Shown here: positions 58,446 through 64,000 of the stretch, one piece after another
Layout: each line of letters begins with the position of its first letter
Numbering within the stretch: the first letter of the stretch is position 1
NCBI GenBank assembly: GCA_002499905.1
Contig: DANP01000020.1
Location: 186,054 to 250,053, forward strand
Direction: 5' to 3'
DNA from: Methanolinea sp. UBA277
GTDB lineage: Archaea > Halobacteriota > Methanomicrobia > Methanomicrobiales > Methanospirillaceae
DNA length: 64,000 nucleotides
Position numbers and translations under genes: made by a program
The notes under the pieces: generated by a model
The model's database searches: none
What the model was told of the DNA's origin: nothing
The model's input: only the letters and a program-made list of their open reading frames with translations

Positions 58446-59561
58446 TTACACACCTGATCCATCCTGACCGGGTTTCTGCTTTCTCTGTTCCAGCACCCAG
58501 GCAAGCGCAAGCCCCGCAAAGAAAGCCACGGTGATGGATATTGCCAGGGAGAGGACCCCGATCATGAGGGTGACAATGAATGAATCTGTCTTGAGTCCGT
58601 GCCGTCCAAGCTCAATGGCGACAAAGACGAGCAATGCGGCGTAGAAGCCCGGGGAGATAAGGGTAAGCCATGCGGGGCTGGTGAAGAGGAGGGCAAACGA
58701 GATGAGAATGAGGCCGGCATACACGTTTGCCCCTCCGGTCCGCGCCCCGAACCGGTACTGGCCGGCCAGTCCCCCTGCGCCATGACACATCGGCATCCCG
58801 CCGAAGGGAACAGAAGTGAGGTTCATCAGCCCGATGGTTCCGGAGAGTTTTTTCGGCCGGATATCGGCTGAGAAGAGATCCGTTGCCAGGAGCGAGGTGG
58901 CGAGGATGGCATTGGTGAGGGTCAGGATAACCTGGGGAACCACCAGTACCGAGAGTGCGGTGAGCGTATCCTGTGCGGTGGGAATGCCCAGGGAAGGGAG
59001 TGATGGTGGGGCGAACGGCGGGAGGCCCTGGAGGTATATCCCGGCTGCAAAGGCGATGATGATGACCACGATCGAGGAGAGGTCCGGGAGCCGGTACCGG
59101 TATGCCAGGAGGAACCCTGCACCGATGATTGCTGCTCCCACCATAAAGGGAAGGGGGTCAGGAACGAGGTACCTCGCAGCGGTCCTGATCAGGACCAGGG
59201 CAAGACCCAGCTGCACCCCCCGTACGACCGGTATGGGAATGTACTTCTGGATGATATTGAGCCAGTCGGTGAAGGCGAGGAGGAGAAAGACGATGCCGAG
59301 GATGAGCCCTGATGCCACAATCACGCCGCCAGAGAGCGATTCGGCAACCGCGATGACTGCAATGGCTTTCATCGGCTCGATGGGGACCGGGTAGCGGTAA
59401 TAGAATCCCGTAATAACAAACCAGACCCCGAGGAAGAGGAGTATGGGGCTGATAGAGAGGGCGCCGGTTGCGGCAAGGGCAAGGGAGAGTGGGAGGATAG
59501 TCCCGAAGTCACCCACACTGCCGGCGAGTTCGCGGATGCCGAACGAGAGATCCTTCACCAT
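58446..59561 (-). CDS. MOT1/MOT2-family molybdate transporter (SulP-related)
   Basis: 371 aa and polytopic. It carries the two MOT1 signature regions 'ELAGSVGDFGTILPL' and 'FGGMPMCHGAGGLAGQYRFGARTG'. Confidence 0.85.
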   Translation of the reverse strand: MVKDLSFGIRELAGSVGDFGTILPLSLALAATGALSISPILLFLGVWFVITGFYYRYPVPIEPMKAIAVIAVAESLSGGVIVASGLILGIVFLLLAFTDWLNIIQKYIPIPVVRGVQLGLALVLIRTAARYLVPDPLPFMVGAAIIGAGFLLAYRYRLPDLSSIVVIIIAFAAGIYLQGLPPFAPPSLPSLGIPTAQDTLTALSVLVVPQVILTLTNAILATSLLATDLFSADIRPKKLSGTIGLMNLTSVPFGGMPMCHGAGGLAGQYRFGARTGGANVYAGLILISFALLFTSPAWLTLISPGFYAALLVFVAIELGRHGLKTDSFIVTLMIGVLSLAISITVAFFAGLALAWVLEQRKQKPGQDGSGV

Positions 59562-59593
59562 CTTCCGGTCCCTTCTGAAGGGGAGCGATAACC

Positions 59594-60406
59594 CTAGCGG
59601 GCCCTGATGAGGGACCCCGGTTTGCCGCCGGAAAGAACCTTCCGGATATTCCCGGGTTCATGCCCGTTCACGATCTTGACCTCGTGCACGTTCTTGGCGT
59701 ACCGGAGCATCTCGACCACCTTCGGCTCGAGGACCATATCCTCGAGATCCATCTCCAGGAGTTCTGAGGCGGTGATATCGGAAATGAGATCCGCGTCCGG
59801 GTGGGTAAAGGGATTATTGGTATAGAGGCCGTCAACGTTCTTCACCAGCACCAGGTTCTTTGCCCCGAGCACCTCTGCGGCAAGGAAGGCGCCGGTATCA
59901 GTCCGGTTGGGAGGAATGGCCCCGATCTCTGCCGGCTGTTCATAGAGGCCGTAGGGGGGTGTCCCGTGGGTCACGGGGAGGACGCCGAGGCTCATCAGCA
60001 TCGGGAGCTCGAGAAGGTCCCCGGTATGGATCCGGGTTCCGTGCCACCGTGAGAGCAGGGTGGAGACCATGATGGCATTCTGTTCGCTGACCTTGCCGGC
60101 AAGCTCGGCCAGGATTCCCGTGGGCATGCCGAGATCGAGGCCGACATCCAGGATATGCCGGACCCTGACGCCCCCGCCGGTCACCACCAGGATCTGGTTC
60201 TGGAGCGAGAGCTCCCCGATCTCTTCCAGGAGCGGGAGGAGGATGTCCCTTCCATAGTCGATGATACCGTGCCCGCCGATCTTCACCACGTTCAGGTCAG
60301 GCATCAGCCGGATCTGCGGCCTGCCTTCGTATCTCTCCAGCAACCCCCGCCTGACAAGGGACTCTCCCTGGAGTTTGTTTGCCACCTCGAACCGATCGCG
60401 TTTCAT
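59594..60406 (-). CDS. molybdenum-storage-protein (MosA/MosB)-like amino-acid-kinase-fold protein
   Basis: ATG at 60406; the track TTG is at 60418. These stretches align with my recollection of A. vinelandii MosA/B rather than UMP kinase: 'IRLMPDLNVVKIGGHGIIDYGRDILLPLLEEI', 'GGGVRVRHILDVGLDLGMPTG', 'IPPNRTDTGAFLAAEVLGA' and 'KNVDGLYTNNP'. It lies 32 nt upstream of the MOT1-like gene. Confidence 0.75.
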   Translation of the reverse strand: MKRDRFEVANKLQGESLVRRGLLERYEGRPQIRLMPDLNVVKIGGHGIIDYGRDILLPLLEEIGELSLQNQILVVTGGGVRVRHILDVGLDLGMPTGILAELAGKVSEQNAIMVSTLLSRWHGTRIHTGDLLELPMLMSLGVLPVTHGTPPYGLYEQPAEIGAIPPNRTDTGAFLAAEVLGAKNLVLVKNVDGLYTNNPFTHPDADLISDITASELLEMDLEDMVLEPKVVEMLRYAKNVHEVKIVNGHEPGNIRKVLSGGKPGSLIRAR

Positions 60407-60457
60407 GGCCTTCTTCAATACATTTATATCCCCGATAGTTAATACAGTACGCTCACA

Positions 60458-60496
60458 ACCAGTTGGTATAACAAATGAAATAGTTTACCAGTTGGT
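60458..60496. promoter_or_regulatory. two exact copies of ACCAGTTGGT spaced 29 bp apart in the divergent promoter region
   Basis: Copies at 60458-60467 and 60487-60496, read directly. A TATA-like 'TTTATAT' lies at 60423-60429. Confidence 0.6.
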
Positions 60497-60511
60497 TGAG
60501 AGGTGCATGAG

Positions 60512-60715
60512 ATGAAGATCTATGTCAGAGAGCGGTTGAAGGTTCGGGAAGGGGTCCGGCAGCCGATGTACAGGATCGTGGCTGTCACCGGCGGGCAGGT
60601 CCAGATCGAGCTGACCCATTTCCGGAAGTTCGAGATCGAGCAGATCGCAAAGGATGTCGGCGCCGAAGTCGTCTACCTTGAAGAGATTCCGGATGAGGAG
60701 AAGCAGAAGCACTAA
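60512..60715 (+). CDS. small hypothetical protein (67 aa) in the Mo/W island
   Basis: The ATG at 60512 is preceded by GAGAGGTG. Translation: 'MKIYVRERLKVREGVRQPMYRIVAVTGGQVQIELTHFRKFEIEQIAKDVGAEVVYLEEIPDEEKQKH'. A T5 run follows directly after the stop. Confidence 0.55.
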   Translation: MKIYVRERLKVREGVRQPMYRIVAVTGGQVQIELTHFRKFEIEQIAKDVGAEVVYLEEIPDEEKQKH

Positions 60716-60797
60716 TTTTTACTCTTTTATTGCGCATCAGTCCGGAATCGCATGACTTTTTCTGTCTTCGCGCCAATTGTACTGCAGTTACGATCCC

Positions 60798-61148
60798 ATG
60801 ACCTCGCTCTCCATTGACCTGATCTTTGAATCAGTGCTCCGAATCCACCTCTTTGAGGAAAAAGCGATAGCAATAACCTTTTCTGAGTCCGGAATCCGGA
60901 TCAAGCTGCCTACCACGCGGAAGCTGGCAGAATTCCTCGATGTCCCGCACTACTATGTCCTCCCCTACTTCGCCATGATGGAGCAGGAAGCGCTGGTGAC
61001 ACGCGCCGAACGGGTGGGTATCATGACAACTCCGGCAGGTACGGAACGGTACCTGGCCCTCCTGAAGGAACGGTACCCGGCTGAAGGGGTGGCAATCCTC
61101 GGGCCGACCATTTACACCGAGCTGACCGGCGGGGTGTCCCGGGAATAA
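60798..61148 (+). CDS. small wHTH-like protein (116 aa), candidate regulator
   Basis: ATG at 60798. The segment 'TTRKLAEFLDVPHYYVLPYFAMMEQEALVTRAERVGIMTTPAG' resembles a helix-turn-helix plus wing. I recognise no family. Confidence 0.55.
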   Translation: MTSLSIDLIFESVLRIHLFEEKAIAITFSESGIRIKLPTTRKLAEFLDVPHYYVLPYFAMMEQEALVTRAERVGIMTTPAGTERYLALLKERYPAEGVAILGPTIYTELTGGVSRE

Positions 61149-61150
61149 AA

Positions 61151-61173
61151 AACCAACTGATACACCAACAGGT
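61151..61173. promoter_or_regulatory. two reverse-orientation copies of the CAGTTGGTT-type motif upstream of tupB
   Basis: AACCAACTG (61151-61159) is the reverse complement of CAGTTGGTT. CACCAACAG (61163-61171) is the reverse complement of CTGTTGGTG. The GTTAAC palindrome lies adjacent. Confidence 0.5.
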
Positions 61174-61274
61174 TAACAGATATCATTAATTATTCCGTAA
61201 AATCTGATTATTACTATTGAATAGCATCAGTCATCATTCCGGGGAACCCCACCGTCTGTTAAGGGAGTTCATCC

Positions 61275-61961
61275 ATGAGTGACGTCGTCGAGGGAATAGT
61301 CCAGGCGATCCAGCTGATCGTCTCTCTTGATCAAGAAGTCCTCGAGATCACCGCGCGGTCCCTTATGATCTCACTCTCGGCAACCCTTGTCGGTTCGCTG
61401 ATTGCTATTCCCCTCGGCGGATTCATCCATTTCAAGGAGTTCGGGGGGAAACGGGGGCTCATTACCATCATCCAGACCCTCTATGCCCTCCCTACCGTGC
61501 TTGCCGGCCTCCTCGTCTTCCTCCTCCTCTCCCGTTCCGGCCCGTTCGGGTTCCTCGGCCTGATGTTCACCCCTACCGGCATGATTATCGGCCAGACGGT
61601 GCTGATCATCCCGCTGATGCTCGGGATGACCCTGATCGCCCTTTCCGGGGTGAGCCGGACGAAACAGGATACCGTGATCTCTCTCGGGGCAACCAGTCTC
61701 CAGACGGTCATCACCATTGTTAAGGAGGCCAGGTTCGCCATCCTCGGCGGGGTTATCCTCGGCTTTGGCAGGGCGATTTCGGAAGTCGGCGCTGCCATGA
61801 TCATCGGCGGCAATATCCGGGGGTATACCCGGGTCCTGACCACCGCCATTGCCCTTGAGACCTCGATGGGTAACCTCTCGCTCTCCATCGCCCTCGGCAT
61901 CATCCTCCTGGCAATCGCCATGGTTGTTACCGGATTCCTCTTCCTGGTCCAGGAGCGCTGA
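61275..61961 (+). CDS. tupB: tungstate ABC transporter permease TupB
   Basis: 228 aa with five or six TM helices. The ABC permease EAA-like loop is 'ISLGATSLQTVITIVKEA'. It is followed by the ATPase gene. Confidence 0.85.
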   Translation: MSDVVEGIVQAIQLIVSLDQEVLEITARSLMISLSATLVGSLIAIPLGGFIHFKEFGGKRGLITIIQTLYALPTVLAGLLVFLLLSRSGPFGFLGLMFTPTGMIIGQTVLIIPLMLGMTLIALSGVSRTKQDTVISLGATSLQTVITIVKEARFAILGGVILGFGRAISEVGAAMIIGGNIRGYTRVLTTAIALETSMGNLSLSIALGIILLAIAMVVTGFLFLVQER

Positions 61962-61966
61962 CAGCC

Positions 61967-63049
61967 ATGATCGAGTTTGACCACGTGGTGATGAATTTCG
62001 GCGAGAAGGAAGTCCTGAAGGAGCTGTCGTTCTCCATCCAGGATGGCGAGATCTTCACCTTCATCGGGCCGAGCGGATCCGGGAAGACCACCATCCTCCG
62101 CCTTATCGATATACTGGAACGTCCGACAGCGGGAAAAATCCTGATCGATGGAACCGATGTCACGACCCTCCGGGACCGGGAAAAGATCCAGGTACGGCGG
62201 AAGATGGGCATGGTCTTCCAGAAGCCTTCACCCCTCCGTGGATCGGTCTACAGCAATGTCGCTATCGGGCTCCATTTCCGGAAGATTGGCCATCAGGAGA
62301 TCGATGACCGGGTCCATGAAGCACTGGACCTGGTCGGGCTGAAGGGATATGAAGAGCGGAAAGCAACCACCCTCTCTGGCGGGGAGATGCAGCGGGTAGC
62401 AATCGCCCGGGCCGTTGCCACAAAACCCGATGTGCTCCTCCTCGATGAACCGACCGCCAACCTCGACCCGCTATCAACCGAGAAGATCGAGAGCCTGATC
62501 GGGGCGCTCAAGGAGCGCTTCGGGATCACCGTGGTGTTGTCCACCCATGACATGGTGCAGGGGCAGCGGCTGGCCGACCGCATCGCCGTGGTCATCGATG
62601 GCCGGATCGGCCAGATCGGCACATCAAAGGAGATCTTCTACCATCCTATGAACCGGGCTGTGGCGCATATGGTCGGTGTGGAGAATATCTTTGAAGGTAT
62701 CGTTGCCGCAAATGAAGCCGGGCTTGCAGACATTGATGTAAACGGCACGAGGATCGTTGCTGCTTCACACTCCTCACCCGGCACACCGGTCACCATCTAC
62801 ATGCGACCGGAGGATATCACCTTCTATGCAAAAGACAGCATCCGGAGCAGTGCACGGAACATGTTTTCCGGACGGATCACTAAGGTCGTTCCCATCGGGC
62901 CGATGGTGCGGATGAAGGTCGATGCCGGAGTAAAACTGACAGCGGTTATCACGCAACGTTCGTTCGAGGAGCTCGGCCTTGAGCTGGGGAAGGAGACCGA
63001 ACTCACCTTCAAGGCCAGCGCCATTTACGTGGTTGAACGAACAGAATGA
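61967..63049 (+). CDS. tupC: tungstate/molybdate ABC transporter ATP-binding protein with C-terminal TOBE domain
   Basis: Walker A 'GPSGSGKTT', signature 'LSGGEMQRV' and Walker B 'LLLDEPT'. The C-terminal ~120 aa form a TOBE-like beta domain ('FSGRITKVVPIGPMVRMKVDAG'). Confidence 0.9.
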   Translation: MIEFDHVVMNFGEKEVLKELSFSIQDGEIFTFIGPSGSGKTTILRLIDILERPTAGKILIDGTDVTTLRDREKIQVRRKMGMVFQKPSPLRGSVYSNVAIGLHFRKIGHQEIDDRVHEALDLVGLKGYEERKATTLSGGEMQRVAIARAVATKPDVLLLDEPTANLDPLSTEKIESLIGALKERFGITVVLSTHDMVQGQRLADRIAVVIDGRIGQIGTSKEIFYHPMNRAVAHMVGVENIFEGIVAANEAGLADIDVNGTRIVAASHSSPGTPVTIYMRPEDITFYAKDSIRSSARNMFSGRITKVVPIGPMVRMKVDAGVKLTAVITQRSFEELGLELGKETELTFKASAIYVVERTE

Positions 63050-63154
63050 GCCCTGGTCCATCTCATGAATGGCGGATACTCGTGCATGACACCGGATTCT
63101 CTGCCCAACGGATCAGGAATAGTAAAGTATTTTCAGTAAAATTAAACAATAATA

Positions 63155-63163
63155 TTTATTATA
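63155..63163 (+). promoter_or_regulatory. TATA-box-like TTTATTATA
   Basis: An AT-rich tract (63135-63165) sits in an otherwise GC-rich context. It lies about 25 nt upstream of the first hairpin at 63187. ATCACTGGT (63176-63184) is identical to 57169-57177 in the tupA promoter. Confidence 0.35.
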
Positions 63164-63186
63164 CGCAAGGAGTTAATCACTGGTAT

Positions 63187-63410
63187 GCACCACGGCGACC
63201 ACCCGTGGTGCGAACGTGCAAGCGTATGTGTGCCGTCCGAAGGGCGGTCAGGGTTTCCGGCAGGCCGTTTCCCTGGCCCATGGTCCAACCGGCGTCCTGC
63301 CACCCCTCCCTGCAGGGTCGGAGCTCATCCCCTGAAGGGACACCCGGAGGTTTGCCGTAGTATGGTGAACCTGACCTTTCTTCCCGGGGAATGCCCATCT
63401 CTCATTTTTT
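63187..63410 (+). ncRNA. candidate structured RNA or long structured leader (unclassified)
   Basis: No convincing ORF in any frame. Structural elements: a 9-bp perfect hairpin at 63187-63211, a CCGTCC-GAA-GGGCGG hairpin whose G-U pair works only on the plus strand, possible long-range pairing of GGTCAGG (63246-63252) with CCTGACC (63370-63376), and the palindrome CCCTGCAGGG (63308-63317). It ends in a T6 run at 63405-63410. Confidence 0.35.
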
Positions 63411-63456
63411 CCCTTCCGGCATGACTATCTCGCATGCCCGCTAATATAGCGGACAG

Positions 63457-64000
63457 ATGCAGTGCATTGCACTGGCCAGCGGAAGCAGCGGCAACTGTCT
63501 CTATGTCGAGAGCAGTGAAGAGGCCCTCCTCGTCGATGCCGGGCTCTCGAAGCGGGAGATCCTGGTCCGGCTCAGGGATGCCGGCGGACAGGAAGAGAAG
63601 ATACGGGGGATCCTGGTCACCCATGAGCACATCGATCATATCCGCGGAGCCTATGCCCTGGCCCGCCAGCTGAAGGTCCCGGTCTACGCCACCGGGGGGA
63701 CCCTCCACGAGATCATCCGGTGCCGTGGGTCAGGGACGATTGCCGTCGACCTGGTCCGGTGCCGGTGGGAGGAGCATCAGGAGATCGGGAATTTTTCTGT
63801 CGAGGCCTTCCCGGTCTCCCACGATGCTAAGGAGCCCTGCGGCTTCAGGATCACGGAGAACGGGACCTCGCTGTGCTGCTGCACCGATACCGGGGTGATC
63901 ACCACGGAGATGGAGGGGTGGCTCTCCCGTTGCGACGGGCTGGTGCTGGAGAGCAACCACTGCCCCGAGATGCTCCGGACCGGCCCCTACCCCGATATGC
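63457..64000 (+). CDS. MBL-fold metallo-hydrolase (YycJ/PhnP-like), 3' end outside window
   Basis: Absent from the ORF track because there is no stop in the window. The ATG at 63457 gives 'MQCIALASGSSGNCLYVESSEEALLVDAGLS..ILVTHEHIDHIRG', which contains the HxHxDH motif. The frame stays open to base 64000. Confidence 0.85.
   Translation, partial: MQCIALASGSSGNCLYVESSEEALLVDAGLSKREILVRLRDAGGQEEKIRGILVTHEHIDHIRGAYALARQLKVPVYATGGTLHEIIRCRGSGTIAVDLVRCRWEEHQEIGNFSVEAFPVSHDAKEPCGFRITENGTSLCCCTDTGVITTEMEGWLSRCDGLVLESNHCPEMLRTGPYPDM

Noticed and set aside
63187-63410. Identification of the structured region as SRP (7S) RNA, RNase P RNA or a Moco riboswitch.
   Set aside because: It is too short for archaeal SRP or RNase P RNA. 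I could not find the helix-8 GGAA/AGCA motif or the GGAAAGUCC / ACAGAA boxes on either strand. Only an 8-nt GAACCUGA matches my memory of the Moco motif, and it is in the wrong order relative to the other conserved blocks. I therefore left it unclassified.
63185-63424. The 79-aa ORF 'MHHGDHPWCERASVC..' behind an AAGGAG box, as a small His/Cys metal-binding protein.
   Set aside because: The translation is Pro/Arg/Gly-rich. Third-position bias is weaker than in neighbouring genes. The ORF coincides with dense hairpins and runs through the T6 tract. It cannot be fully excluded without conservation data.

Overview
This is a high-GC archaeal chromosome segment, judged by eye. It is almost certainly from a Methanomicrobiales methanogen. 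From memory, the presenilin homologue at 42993-43883 closely resembles the crystallised Methanoculleus marisnigri PSH, so a Methanoculleus-like genome is my best guess. The window is gene-dense and mostly housekeeping.

Main blocks, in order:
1. A ~10.5-kb tetrapyrrole supercluster: hemA-hemB-hemL-hemC-cobA-cbiT-cbiL-cbiF-cbiG-cbiH-cbiC-cbiD-cbiE.
2. A minus-strand DNA-repair block: a MutY-like glycosylase without an FeS cluster, a class II photolyase, mutL and mutS.
3. A visibly AT-rich island (about 23.0-24.8 kb) with two orphan genes. One of them is bracketed by a 20-nt direct repeat.
4. A SRAP peptidase, Bcp, a decayed Cys-rich pseudogene and an orphan KamA-type radical-SAM gene.
5. A two-subunit 2-oxoacid:ferredoxin oxidoreductase plus glutamate dehydrogenase operon.
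6. An operon of two methanogen-specific unknowns with fdhD and cutA.
7. dapL-lysA, then RPA-radA, NOG1, presenilin homologue, fen1, hisC, argD, guaA(B) and pyrG.
8. A translationally coupled GT2 / TPR-wHTH / DUF2791-like P-loop ATPase operon.
9. A Mo/W homeostasis island. Here tupA is separated from tupBC by a MOT1-type molybdate transporter, a single-gene homologue of the Azotobacter molybdenum-storage protein, and two small unknown proteins. All three promoter regions share a CAGTTGGTT-type motif.
10. A GC-rich, hairpin-dense ~220-nt non-coding stretch with a TATA-like box and a T6 run, upstream of a truncated MBL-fold hydrolase gene.

I found no rRNA, tRNA, CRISPR array, transposase or integrase.

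The ORF track reads GTG and TTG as Met and often starts upstream of the real initiation codon, so many starts below are re-assigned. All family assignments rest on motif recognition and memory, not on searches.
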